From Octopus bimaculoides (taxonomy: Eukaryota), in contig NC_068986.1 of the NCBI RefSeq assembly GCF_001194135.2, positions 8,950,233 through 8,996,151 on the forward strand: a stretch of 45,919 bases of DNA. The letters are read 5' to 3'. Position numbers and translations under genes: made by a program. Position 1 is the stretch's first letter; the number at the start of each line of letters is the position of its first letter. Below the pieces are notes generated by a model. That model searched no databases. It saw only the letters and a list, made by a program, of their open reading frames with translations, and was not told the origin of the DNA. This document shows positions 24,564 through 36,295 of the stretch, in pieces.

Positions 24564-24837
24564 TTTATCCATGAGCACTTAATAAGGGTTCATAGTTGTT
24601 GAAGATATCCCGATTGCACCCAGCTTATCCTTCTTCTATCATGGTTCTCTCTACGAAAATGCGTGTGTACACTATACATACATCCATACACACATCCATA
24701 AACAAATCTATGCACACACATACACGTGTTATTTGTATCTGCCTATACATATAATGTTGGGTGAGATAAATGTTTGCGAGAACATTTAAGAGACAAAATA
24801 TGCTGCATTTATCATTTGAAGGAAACACGAGGTTATT

Positions 24838-24976
24838 GAAAAAAAGACGACTACAAATGGTGAAAAAAGACGACTACAAATGGTGGCCAACGACAAATGG
24901 TGAAAAAAGACGACGACAAATGGTGAAAAAAGACAACGACAAATGGCGGCCGACGACAAATGGTGGCCGACAAATT
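24838..24976. repeat. Two-unit minisatellite (23 bp and 17 bp) in A-A-B-A-A-B-B' order
   Basis: A=GAAAAAAGACGACTACAAATGGT, B=GGCCAACGACAAATGGT, shared core ACAAATGG. Confidence 0.9.
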
Positions 24977-25173
24977 ACTATGAAGAAAACTCATAGCAAT
25001 ATTTAATGCAAGTTTTGTACGTCCATTCTTTGTGATAAAAAATAAATGTCACAAGTTCTCTCCCGATTTGTCCATCAGTTGACAGAAAAGAATAATTATA
25101 ATTAATGATTAATTATATTAAACACAAATACTAACATCTGTTGCTAGGCTATTAATATTAATATTTCGCCTCA

Positions 25174-25363
25174 GACGACGAGCTTGCAAAACCGTTAGCA
25201 TACCGGACAAAATATTTAGCGACATTTCGTCTGACGTTACTTTCTGAGTCGACTTTGCTTGATATTCTTTCGAGGCCGATAAATTAAGTACCATTTAAAC
25301 ACTGGGGTCGATCTAATCGACTCCACTGCCTCCCCGGAACTTGCGGTGCCAAAAATTGAAATC
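25174..25363 (+). mobile_element. Family A SINE, diverged
   Basis: Head, GTCGACTTTG, and GGGGTCGATCTAATCGAC hairpin. Confidence 0.8.
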
Positions 25364-25629
25364 ATTAATATTTTTCCTGTGGCCGAAACAGATAATCTAG
25401 ATTTGGGATTAAAGGACAAAAACTCGCGTTAATTGCAGGAGAGGATGTCGCCCACTGAATCAACATTATATTATGTTACTGGTATTTATTTGTAGAGAAG
25501 GATGGCATGAATTAAATCCGTATTAAACTACTGGCATTTTAGTGATCTCGTGGAAAGATAAACACTGAACTTTGGTCGAACGCAAAATTACCAAGAGTCG
25601 TGTGTGTGTGAGGGAGAGAGATATGATGA

Positions 25630-25925
25630 AGGGTGGCGCGTGTCCTAGTTGTTATAGCGCTGAGCTCACTCACGGTGATAACGTCATGGGTTCGATTCCT
25701 GGGCGGCCATGTAAAGAAATTGTATTCTTGAGCAAGGTATCGCATTTCACATTGCTCCTGTCAGCTCAACTGAAAGAACAGAAAATCCTGCTGGTGCAGC
25801 TCTCTTCTCTACCCACCCACTCGCCCCAGCCGTCTACATCTATTCACGACTCCACAGGCACTCACAAAAATTTACGAAAGTATGGTACGTGTCACCAGGT
25901 CATACTCGCTTGCAAGTGACGACCA
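25630..25925 (+). mobile_element. Family C-like SINE, diverged
   Basis: GGCGCGTGTCCTAGTTGTT head, GGGTTCGATTCC B-box, CTTGAGCAAGG core, TTTCACATTGCTCC. Confidence 0.65.
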
Positions 25926-26094
25926 CGTTTTTCTTTTTCCTCAATGCATATTACCGGAAACGTTAAGAAATCTGGTGCTTCAAAGAAAACAACTGCCGGC
26001 TGCAGCTTATTTTCAGGTAAATTAAATTAACATTTTATATATATTTATTCTTATTCAAATAGTTTGTCCTTTAATCATTTTTTTTATCTTCTTC

Positions 26095-26428
26095 TCGCTT
26101 CAGTCATTAGACTACGGCCATGCTGGGACACCGCACTGAAGAATTTTTTAATCGAATGAGTCGATCTCAGCACGTTTTTTTTAAGCTTAGCACTTATTCT
26201 ACCGGTTCTTTTGCCGAACCGTTAAATTATGGCTGTCAAACGGTGGTGGGGACAAGCGCGCGCGCACACATACACATGACGGGCTTCCTTCAGTTTCCGT
26301 CAACCAAATCCACTCACAAGGCTTTGATCAGCCTGAGGCTATAGTAGAAGACACTGGACCAAGGTGCAATGGTACTGAATCCGGAACCACGAGGTTGGGA
26401 AGCAAGCTTCTTGCTACACATCCATGCC
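26095..26428 (-). mobile_element. Family B SINE
   Basis: Full modular layout on the minus strand. Confidence 0.85.
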
Positions 26429-27134
26429 ATATATAAGTGCCAACGGACAAAACTCTCAGCCCTTAAGTCACTCTCTTGCTTCGGCAAACTATTCATAAAA
26501 AGATATACTTGNNNNNNNNNNATACTTGTATTCACGTATTGAGTTCTATTTTTTTCCCCTCTTTACATCACCATACCTCTCTCTCTCTCTCCCCCTCTCT
26601 CTCTCTCTCCCCCTCTCTCTCTCTCTCTCTCTCTCTAACAGAACGAAAAATAAACAAACAAAAAACGGCAGCAAATAAAATATCAGTAGAAATTATAGTA
26701 TTTTGTTTTGAAAGTTGGAAATTATAATAATTTATGAACCAAGCAGTCCGGTTGGCCGGCCGGCCGGCCAGCCAGCAAAGGAAACAACCAGGGGAGGAGA
26801 GAGAACCGAGGAAGTGGGGGAGGGAAGGCAATAGATGGAGGAGGAGGAGGAGTGATGTGGTAGCAGATGTAGAGCTAACAACGGAGACGATAAGAAGCTC
26901 AACGTGTCGACACACTTGAAGTAACGTGCCACACATGACTACACCTACTTGGGGCCTTTTAAGAGTTGTTATTAAAACGGAATTCCATTATCATCATCAT
27001 CCTCATCATCATCATCGTCGTTTTTGTTTAAGCGTATTTGAAAGAGAGGTGGGAGTGGGGAGTTGGGCGAGTAACGACTTATTTGCTCGTGATGTTAATA
27101 CAACGAAAATTAATAATTATAACAATAATAATCG

Positions 27135-27347
27135 TTTCTACTATAGGCACAAGGCCTGAAATTTTGAGGGAAGGGAACTAGTCGATTACATCGACCCCAG
27201 TGCGTCGCTGGTACTTAATTTATCGACCCCGAAAGGATGAAGGGCAAAGTCATCTTCGGCGGAATTTGAACTCGGAACGTAACGACAGACAAAATACCGC
27301 CAAGTATTTCGACCGGCGTGCTGACGATTCTGCCAATTCGCCGCCTT
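27135..27347 (-). mobile_element. Family A SINE, full length
   Basis: Head AAGGCGGCGAATTGGCAGAATCG through tail into (ATT)n. Confidence 0.92.
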
Positions 27348-27451
27348 AGGGTTCTTGAAGCATGACCAGTGAACGAGTGTCACCTTAGTCTGCCGGTTGT
27401 GGACAGCTGACACGTTCCATTATACCCAGCAAAATAAGCTGCAATGTTTTC

Positions 27452-27486
<35 letters not shown>
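27348..27486 (+). mobile_element. Extremely 5'-truncated R4/Dong-like copy (3' UTR plus (AAT)n tail)
   Basis: AGGGTTCTTGAAGCATGACCAGT...GTGGACAGCTGACAC...AAAATAAGCTGC matches 11288-11390. Confidence 0.9.
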
Positions 27487-27487
<1 letters not shown>

Positions 27488-27493
27488 TTTTGT

Positions 27494-27665
27494 AGGCGTA
27501 GGAGTGGCTGTGTGGTAAGTAGCTTGCTTACCAACCACATGGTCCCGGGTTCAGTCCCACTACGTGGCATCTTGGGCAAGTATCTTCTACTATAGCCTCG
27601 GGCCGACCAAAGCCTTGTGAGTGGATTTGGTAGACGGAAACTGAAAGAAGCCCGTCGTATATATG

Positions 27666-27714
<49 letters not shown>

Positions 27715-27923
27715 ATGTGTTTGTGTGTCTGTGTTTGTCCCTCCAACATCGCTTGACAATCGATGCTGGTGTGTTTATGTCCCCGTAACTTAGCGGTTCA
27801 ACAAAGAGACTGATAGAATAAGTACTAGGCTTCTAAAGAATAAGTCCTGGGGTAGATTTGCCCGACTAAAGGCGGTACTCCAGCATGGCCGCAGTCAAAA
27901 GACTGAAACAAGTAAAAGAGTAA
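27494..27923 (+). mobile_element. Family B composite SINE, full length, little diverged
   Basis: A-box-like TGGCTGTGTGG, B-box-like GGTTCAGTCCC, core CTTGGGCAAGT, internal (TA)/(TG) tract, tail GACTGAAACAAGTAAAAGA. Confidence 0.95.
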
Positions 27924-28189
27924 GCCTATCAAAGAAATGACTAATTTCTTCGAACGACTGTTTTCATAACAATGTCGCTTATGTAGAGAATGGTGTATTT
28001 AGCAAGAGACGCAGGGAAGCAGACATACGGTGGTGGCTGAGGGTATATATCCCAGCATCCCTGCATATATATGCGCGTGCGCAGTTTACGTATTCGCTTT
28101 GCAAGATTCGTGGTGTGAAATCTTAAGTTGAAACAGACATCGTTACTCTTGGGGATGGTCATCTTTTGCCAATTATACACACGCACGCA

Positions 28190-28280
28190 GGACGAAATGC
28201 TTAACGGTATTTCGCCCGTTGCTACGTCTGAGATCAAATTCCGCCGAGGTCGACTTTGCCTTTCATCCTTTCGGGGGTCA
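28190..28280 (+). mobile_element. Family A SINE fragment
   Basis: GAAATGCTTAACGGTATTTCG...GAGGTCGACTTTGCCTTTCATCCTTTCGGGG. Confidence 0.85.
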
Positions 28281-28810
28281 AAGTTCTTTCGTCGCACATA
28301 CTGTGACCTCTTCTTGCGATTTTCTGTCCTATGTGTCTCCTCTTCTCCTGCTTATTCCTTTATGTATAATATTTTTATTTTCTTTTTAAGGTGGTCGTTT
28401 GAAACCTCTGTATGCGAATTATTATGAGGAGTAATTTTAAAATATAGTTTTGCCACCTTGGGGTAATATCAAGAAACATGACATACATACAACAAATATA
28501 ATTTCATTTTTACCAAATTTCTTGGTGCTGGTACAAAGTGATGAAATGAAAACTAATTTTCAAAAGAATTATATTTATTACCTTTAAATAAAATTCAAGA
28601 AAATAAATGTCTGCTCCGTCGTTTATTTCCTCTCTTCTTTCTGTATCTGTATGGTTCTTTCTATCCCACTGTGTAAGTAGTTTTTCTTTACTCATTGCTC
28701 ACCATCAAGCCTAGTATGTGCACTCATTCTGAACCTCTTTTACACTACCTCCTCCTCTTCCTCTCTATGGGATGTAAAGCGCGACTTGACAAACCAACCA
28801 ACCAGCATTT

Positions 28811-28981
28811 ATACTGGCTGTATGGTAAGAAGTTTGCTAGCCAACTACACGGTCCCGGGTTCAGTCCCATTGCGTGACACCTTAGGTAACTGTCTTCTAC
28901 TATAACCCCGGGTCGACCAAAGCCTTGTGAGTGGATTTGGTAGACGGAAACTGAAAGAAGCCCGCCGTATATCTATATACA

Positions 28982-29013
<32 letters not shown>

Positions 29014-29212
29014 TGTGCACCACCGCTTGGCAACCGGTGTTGGTATGTTTACATCCCTTGATTAGCAGTTCAGCAAAAGACCGATAGAATAAGTACCAGG
29101 TTTTTAAAATGTGAAGGGGATTAATCCATTCGTTCGACAAAACAAAGAAAACATTCTTCTAGGTGGTGCCCCAGCATGGTCGCAATCTAATGACCGAAAC
29201 AAGTGAAAGAAA
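28811..29212 (+). mobile_element. Family B SINE, full length
   Basis: All modules present. Confidence 0.9.
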
Positions 29213-29299
29213 AAAAAAAGAATACACACACACACACACTAATTATTTGCGTGTTAACAGTGGTTTGTTTTCGATTGCTGCAGAACACGTCCGTAGATT

Positions 29300-29877
29300 T
29301 CTTTTGGCCAATTCCATGCAACGAACACGGCTAAAGCCTCGCGTCTCCGTGTTAAATTATGAAAGGCTTTAACTTCCCTGGAAAATAACTAATGTTAATT
29401 TGGGAGAAACTAAATGACCCAATCAACAAATGCCTTTATATCAATGGCCTATCCGCCCCCTCTCCGCACATACACACACATACGCGCGCGCGGATACATT
29501 TCAGCTTTTGTTGGTGTTTTGTAGCCGTAATTATTGTTATTGTTTTCCAGCCGACAGTGAGAGAGAGATGAGACTTCAAACTGTAGCTACGTTAAATACG
29601 TCTGTATATAGCATTGTGTGAAAGTAGTCGTAAGCAAGATGGGAGAGTTGTTGTCTTGGCGGCCATCTCCTGTATTAGAGGCCATTGAACGTCATTACTT
29701 GTTGAAGAGAGAGGGAGAGAGAGAGAGAGAGGGGCGGAGGGAGAACAGTAGATAGGGTTTATAGCGGTGGGGGTGCAGGAAGAGGAGGAATGAAAGAGTG
29801 CGAGAGGGAAGTACCGAGAGGGAGGGAGAGATGAAGCGACAGAAAACTGAACGCTTAAGTGCGCGCGCGCGCGTATC

Positions 29878-29880
<3 letters not shown>
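29300..29880. promoter_or_regulatory. Promoter-like CpG/GA-rich island (unverified)
   Basis: CCAAT at 29308 and 29419, GC boxes at 29453 and 29732 in opposite orientation, YY1-like GGCGGCCATCT at 29658, (GC)n runs at 29483 and 29861, GA repeats; no downstream exon identified. Confidence 0.25.
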
Positions 29881-29916
<36 letters not shown>

Positions 29917-30128
29917 TATCTAAGCTGTGAGTTCGTTCGTTCTATTTTAGATAATAATGATTAATTCAAAGAAGGCAACCTTCGTCACGCTGGTTTGCTA
30001 AGAAAGAGTGAAATTTCTATAAAACATTCTCCGTTTTCTTCTATTCATTCAATATATCATTATTTCTACTACTTGACTTTCCGACCATACTTCAATGAAA
30101 ACAAAATAATAATAATAATAATAATAAT

Positions 30129-30307
30129 CCTTTCTATTATAGGCACCAGGCCAGAAAGTTCGGAGGAGGGGAACGGTCGATTACATCGACTCCAGTACTC
30201 GACTGGTATTTATTTCATCGACCGTGAAAGGGTGAAAGGCAAAGTCGACCTCGGCGGAATTTGAACTCGGAACGTAAAGACAAATGAAATGCCGCTGAGC
30301 ATTTTGG
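30129..30307 (-). mobile_element. Family A SINE, head-truncated
   Basis: Body and tail match; tail abuts (AAT)n. Confidence 0.88.
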
Positions 30308-30645
30308 TTTAAATAACAACAACAAAGTCAAGATGACGGTACAAACCACTTCCCTGGTTGTTCTAATACCTTGATGTAATGTAACAAACGCCATTGTTGA
30401 CACCAATGATGTCGATTTTTGCTTTATGAAGTCCCCTTGGTGAAATCTGTTGATCCCCGTGACAAAAACAAAAGTCTGTACCGCGGTATCAAACGTAGTT
30501 GCTTAGTAAGAGCATGGGTGGCCGAGTTGATAGCGTATAGAACTATAAACTAAAAGATATGTGGTTCGTACCTCATCGCAAGCGCTACTGCCGTCTTCCA
30601 ATACAACGTTTAACTTTCTAGTACCCCAGTCCAACTAGCTGTAAA

Positions 30646-30978
30646 TGTTGTTGTTGTTGTTGGCACTCCGTAGCTTACGACGTCGAGGGTTCCAGTTGAT
30701 CCGATCAACGGAACAGCCTGCTCGTGAAATTAACGTGCAAGTGGCTGAGCACTCCACAGCCACGTGTACCCTTAACGTAGTTCTCGGGGAGATTCAGCGT
30801 GACACAGTGTGACAAGGCTGACCCTTTGAATTACAGGTACAACAGGAACAGGAAGTAAGAGTGAGAGAAAGTTGTGGTGAAAGAGTTCAGCAGGGTTCGC
30901 CACCATCCCCTGCCGGAGCCTCGTGGAGCTTTAGGTGTTTTCGCTCAATAAACACTCACAACGCCCGGTCTGAGAATC
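30646..30978 (-). mobile_element. Family C SINE with RTE-like (CAA)n tail, 5' end lost in gap
   Basis: Sense strand ends ...CGTAAGCTACGGAGTGCC(AAC)n; shares 3' region with 7952-8240. Confidence 0.8.
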
Positions 30979-31941
30979 NNNNNNNNNNNNNNNNNNNNNN
31001 NNNNNNNNNNNNNNNNNNNNNNNNNNNNNNNNNNNNNNNNNNNNNNNNNNNNNNNNNNNNNNNNNNNNNNNNNNNNNNNNNNNNNNNNNNNNNNNNNNNN
31101 NNNNNNNNNNNNNNNNNNNNNNNNNNNNNNNNNNNNNNNNNNNNNNNNNNNNNNNNNNNNNNNNNNNNNNNNNNNNNNNNNNNNNNNNNNNNNNNNNNNN
31201 NNNNNNNNNNNNNNNNNNNNNNNNNNNNNNNNNNNNNNNNNNNNNNNNNNNNNNNNNNNNNNNNNNNNNNNNNNNNNNNNNNNNNNNNNNNNNNNNNNNN
31301 NNNNNNNNNNNNNNNNNNNNNNNNNNNNNNNNNNNNNNNNNNNNNNNNNNNNNNNNNNNNNNNNNNNNNNNNNNNNNNNNNNNNNNNNNNNNNNNNNNNN
31401 NNNNNNNNNNNNNNNNNNNNNNNNNNNNNNNNNNNNNNNNNNNNNNNNNNNNNNNNNNNNNNNNNNNNNNNNNNNNNNNNNNNNNNNNNNNNNNNNNNNN
31501 NNNNNNNNNNNNNNNNNNNNNNNNNNNNNNNNNNNNNNNNNNNNNNNNNNNNNNNNNNNNNNNNNNNNNNNNNNNNNNNNNNNNNNNNNNNNNNNNNNNN
31601 NNNNNNNNNNNNNNNNNNNNNNNNNNNNNNNNNNNNNNNNNNNNNNNNNNNNNNNNNNNNNNNNNNNNNNNNNNNNNNNNNNNNNNNNNNNNNNNNNNNN
31701 NNNNNNNNNNNNNNNNNNNNNNNNNNNNNNNNNNNNNNNNNNNNNNNNNNNNNNNNNNNNNNNNNNNNNNNNNNNNNNNNNNNNNNNNNNNNNNNNNNNN
31801 NNNNNNNNNNNNNNNNNNNNNNNNNNNNNNNNNNNNNNNNNNNNNNNNNNNNNNNNNNNNNNNNNNNNNNNNNNNNNNNNNNNNNNNNNNNNNNNNNNNN
31901 NNNNNNNNNNNNNNNNNNNNNNNNNNNNNNNAGAGAAAGAG

Positions 31942-31990
<49 letters not shown>

Positions 31991-33107
31991 GAGAAAGAGA
32001 GAGAGCACACAAACACACACGCATACACCTGTTACATCGCCATAAACTGATGTGGGACACAACACAGCAGAGCGGTAAAGATTCAACGAAGCACAAACGT
32101 ATTTATCTGATGATTGCTTTCCATTTCAAAGAACGACTTTAAATATTCCTTATCAAATTTATAACCTCATTGTTTGCATCAAAATAAAAAATCTTTTTTA
32201 ATGGGAATTGCACACTGAAAATGTATGTAGGCCTTCAACTATAAAAAAGCTTTCTTACAAATTATACATACAACACATTTATGCATACAAATAAACTTTG
32301 TGAAAAGATGGCAGCGAACTAACTGATCTAGGTCAACCTGTCTGTGGGTAAACAGACGACAACTTACACAGGAAATTCTCTCATACTGAGGGACAAAATA
32401 TTTGCAGAGTTTGTAGGGATGTGTCCCCAAATGTCTTAGTGTCAGGATTTGTTTTCATTGAGAGGTGACGCCTGAGAAAGTGATTTCAAATCTGTAGCAC
32501 TCGTTTCGCATTATCTCTGAGCGAGACGTTGTACTTTGCTTGTTTTCTTTGGCGTTGTTATAATTAAATAGGTAGCAGAACATGTAGAGAAAGTAACCGA
32601 GAGGAGTAGATACTGTCCAGTAAAGAGATGAGATTTTTTTTAAGCACCTGACCCTTCAGAGATCAGATTTAGGAGCTAAAGTAGGTGCAAGAATGAAAAA
32701 TTTCGACTTTACATAGTAAATCTAGGAAAACTTAGCCCGCTTCTATTTGAACATTCATCAATTACACTATGGTTCCACCGTATGATTACACCGATCACAT
32801 GTAAACTGTCCATAGGATCAGATCGATGGTGATTGAATGTCTTTCGCCTCGGTTGCTGACTTTCAGCAGATGTGTAAATAACAATAAATATCGTGTCTCT
32901 ATTGAGTGGGGCTTTTGGCGGTAGTGAGACCGTATTCGATAAATTTACTAAACTCGTCAGAAGATAAAAACACAAACGTATTTTGTCCGTTACTGTTTCT
33001 GCATTCTAATACCTTATATCATTGGGTCTGTTTCGTAGCACGGCGCCTCTTTTCGCGTCTACAATTCTACAAGCGATTCCCACCGTTTTTGTTTTTTTTA
33101 AATTTAC

Positions 33108-33430
33108 CTTTCACTGTGGCCATGCTGGGGCACCATCTTGAAGAATTTTTAGTTGGATGAATCATCTTCAGCATTGATTTTTAAAAAAAAACCTAATACT
33201 TATTCTATCGGACTTCATTTGCCGAGCCGCTAAGTTACGGGCACGTAAACACACCAGTTGGCAAGTGGTGGTGGACACACACACACATACACACACGTAT
33301 GTATATGACAGGCTTCTCGTAGTTTCCGTCTATCAAATCCACTCACAAGGCTTTGCTCGGCCCGAGTTTATAGTAGAAGACACTTGCCAAAGGTGACACA
33401 CAGTAGGACTGAACCTGGAACCATGTGGTT
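33108..33430 (-). mobile_element. Family B SINE
   Basis: Core, internal (TG)n and 3' module. Confidence 0.85.
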
Positions 33431-34160
33431 ATTCATTTCCAAGGATCAAAAGCGATAACGTGGGGGCGGGGAGCTTCAAAATGAACGATCATGTATTTAA
33501 CTACAGAACATCAAATAATTAATTAATAATAGCTTCTGATTTAGGTATGAGTCCAGTTATTTTGTGGGGTGAGGTCGATATCATCAACCCCAGTACTTGA
33601 CGTACATTTTTTTAATAATAATAATAATAATAACCGATTCTATAAATGTTGGTTGTTTTTTTTTTTAGTGCTCCAGTCACGTTTTATATTGTATAGAGAG
33701 AGGGAGAGAGAGGGGGAGTAAAAGAGATACAGAATGAGTGTACATACTAGGCTTGGTGGCAGGCAATGCGTAAAGAAACATTATCACCAGTGAAGGCGAA
33801 GGAATGATAACGACAGAAGAGGAGGGGGAGGAGAGTAGCTAAGGGAAAAGTTACACAGATGAGAAAATTGTTTCATTTGTATTTCATTTGAAGGAAATAA
33901 ATATTTTCCTATTAAAAGTATCCATTTTAATCATTTTGTATAAAGCACCAAAACATTTGATAAAAAGTTAAATTACTGTACGTATGCCGTATTTCCTGAT
34001 ATTACGCATGGTGACAAAAAGTGTTCTTCTAAAGTTACCCGCCATGCAGAGGGTATAACGTATAAGAAGAGTATTTATAAAAAAAAACTTGAGGATAAAT
34101 AATGTAACAATATAACAAATACCTTTTATTTTTTACTTTAATTTTAATAAATGAAATTTA

Positions 34161-34324
34161 GGAGTGGCTGTGGGGTAAGAAGCTTGCATTCCAGCCATAT
34201 GGTTCCGGGTTCAGTCCCACTGCGTGGCACTTTGGGCAAGTGTTTTCTACTATAGCCTCGGGCCGACCAAAGCCTTGTGAGCGGATTCGGTAGACGGAAA
34301 CTGAAAGAAGCTCATCGTATATAT

Positions 34325-34385
<61 letters not shown>
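34161..34385 (+). mobile_element. Family B SINE 5' half running into (CA)n and a gap
   Basis: Close match to 27494-27660. Confidence 0.9.
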
Positions 34386-34876
34386 NNNNNNNNNNNNNNN
34401 NNNNNNNNNNNNNNNNNNNNNNNNNNNNNNNNNNNNNNNNNNNNNNNNNNNNNNNNNNNNNNNNNNNNNNNNNNNNNNNNNNNNNNNNNNNNNNNNNNNN
34501 NNNNNNNNNNNNNNNNNNNNNNNNNNNNNNNNNNNNNNNNNNNNNNNNNNNNNNNNNNNNNNNNNNNNNNNNNNNNNNNNNNNNNNNNNNNNNNNNNNNN
34601 NNNNNNNNNNNNNNNNNNNNNNNNNNNNNNNNNNNNNNNNNNNNNNNNNNNNNNNNNNNNNNNNNNNNNNNNNNNNNNNNNNNNNNNNNNNNNNNNNNNN
34701 NNNNNNNNNNNNNNNNNNNNNNNNNNNNNNNNNNNNNNNNNNNNNNNNNNNNNNNNNNNNNNNNNNNNNNNNNNNNNNNNNNNNNNNNNNNNNNNNNNNN
34801 NNNNNNNNNNNNNNNNNNNNNNNNNNNNNNNNNNNNNNNNNNNNNNNNNNNNNNNNNNNNNNNNNNNNNNNNNNNN

Positions 34877-35174
34877 AGGATGAAAGGCAAAGTCGACCTC
34901 GGCGGAATTTGAACTCAGAACGTAAAGACAGACGAAATACCTATTTCTTTATTGCCCACAAGGGGCTAAACATAGAGGGGACAAACAAGGACAGACAAAG
35001 GGATTAAGTCGATTACATCAACCCCAGTGCGTAACTGGTACTTAATTTATCGACCCCGAAAGGATGAAAGGCAAAGTCGACCTCGGCGGAATTTGAACTC
35101 AGAACGTAAAGACAGACGAAATACCGCTAAGCATTTCGCCCGGCGTGCCTAACGTTTCTGTCAGCTCGCCGCTT
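34877..35174 (-). mobile_element. Family A SINE variant with alternative tail plus partial tandem copy
   Basis: 34877-34941 is identical to 35061-35125; unique tail at 34942-35000. Confidence 0.88.
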
Positions 35175-35319
35175 TTGTTTAAGATATTATTAATGCTAGA
35201 ATTTGATTTCCAAGAAAAATCACGATTCTGTGAAACACTCAGCGCCCTCATAGCGTCGCTTGACATTTCTCGCCTGCATCTCTCAGCGCCCCCAATGGAA
35301 AGCGATGCTCAAATTAGAA

Positions 35320-35537
35320 CCCTTTTTGATACCAACCCGCCTAAAACTGCATCTGGCTCCATGATGCAAATTTTCTGTTTTAAAGTGGTCTAAATTTAAA
35401 ACCTTCCATCAGAATTTGATGCTGATTTATGCTCCAAACATCGATTTAGTAATCACAAAGTCATTTAAATTCTTTATTATTTTCAAAATTGACACAAAGG
35501 ACAATGACCTTCAACAGAAATTTGGTGACAAAAGGAG
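35320..35537. mobile_element. piggyBac-like MITE, decayed
   Basis: Termini CCCTTTTTGATACC and GGTGACAAAAGGAG form an imperfect TIR starting CCC; the expected TTAA target sites are degenerate (AGAA / TTAC). Confidence 0.5.
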
Positions 35538-35580
35538 TTACATAAACTGTTTAATAATGATTTCTATGTAGAAGGCCACG

Positions 35581-35583
35581 ATC

Positions 35584-35632
<49 letters not shown>

Positions 35633-36134
35633 TCTGTGTGTGTGAGTGAGAGAGAGAGAGATCTGTGTGTGTGTGTGTGTGTGAGTGAGAGAGAGAGAGN
35701 NNNNNNNNNNNNNNNNNNNNNNNNNNNNNNNNNNNNNNNNNNNNNNNNNNNNNNNNNNNNNNNNNNNNNNNNNNNNNNNNNNNNNNNNNNNNNNNNNNNN
35801 NNNNNNNNNNNNNNNNNNNNNNNNNNNNNNNNNNNNNNNNNNNNNNNNNNNNNNNNNNNNNNNNNNNNNNNNNNNNNNNNNNNNNNNNNNNNNNNNNNNN
35901 NNNNNNNNNNNNNNNNNNNNNNNNNNNNNNNNNNNNNNNNNNNNNNNNNNNNNNNNNNNNNNNNNNNNNNNNNNNNNNNNNNNNNNNNNNNNNNNNNNNN
36001 NNNNNNNNNNNNNNNNNNNNNNNNNNNNNNNNNNNNNNNNNNNNNNNNNNNNNNNNNNCTGTGTGTGTGAGAGAGAGAGAGATCTGTGTGTGTGAGAGAG
36101 AGAGAGATCTGTGTGTGTGAGAGAGAGAGAGAGA

Positions 36135-36175
<41 letters not shown>

Positions 36176-36295
36176 TGTGAGAGAGAGAGAGAGATGTGTG
36201 AGAGAGAGAGAGAGATCTGTGAGAGAGAGCTCTGTGAGAGAGAGAGAGAGAGAGAGAGATCTGTGAGACAGACAGACAGACAGACAGACAGAGAG
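35581..36295. repeat. Composite (GA)n-TC-(TG)n satellite with internal gap
   Basis: Recurring GAGAGATCTGTGTG junctions. Confidence 0.9.

Noticed and set aside
24838-24976. CRISPR-like array
   Set aside because: No unique spacers, eukaryotic context, no cas genes
26505-26528. ATACTTG duplicated on both sides of a 10-N gap
   Set aside because: Typical unmerged contig overlap, an assembly artefact
27494-27570. tRNA gene (also the other A/B-box heads)
   Set aside because: No complete cloverleaf; each continues into a SINE body
32368-32385. 18-nt minus-strand microexon (YERISC) between CAG and GTAAGT
   Set aside because: Such motif pairs are expected by chance in 46 kb of AT-rich DNA; no supporting context
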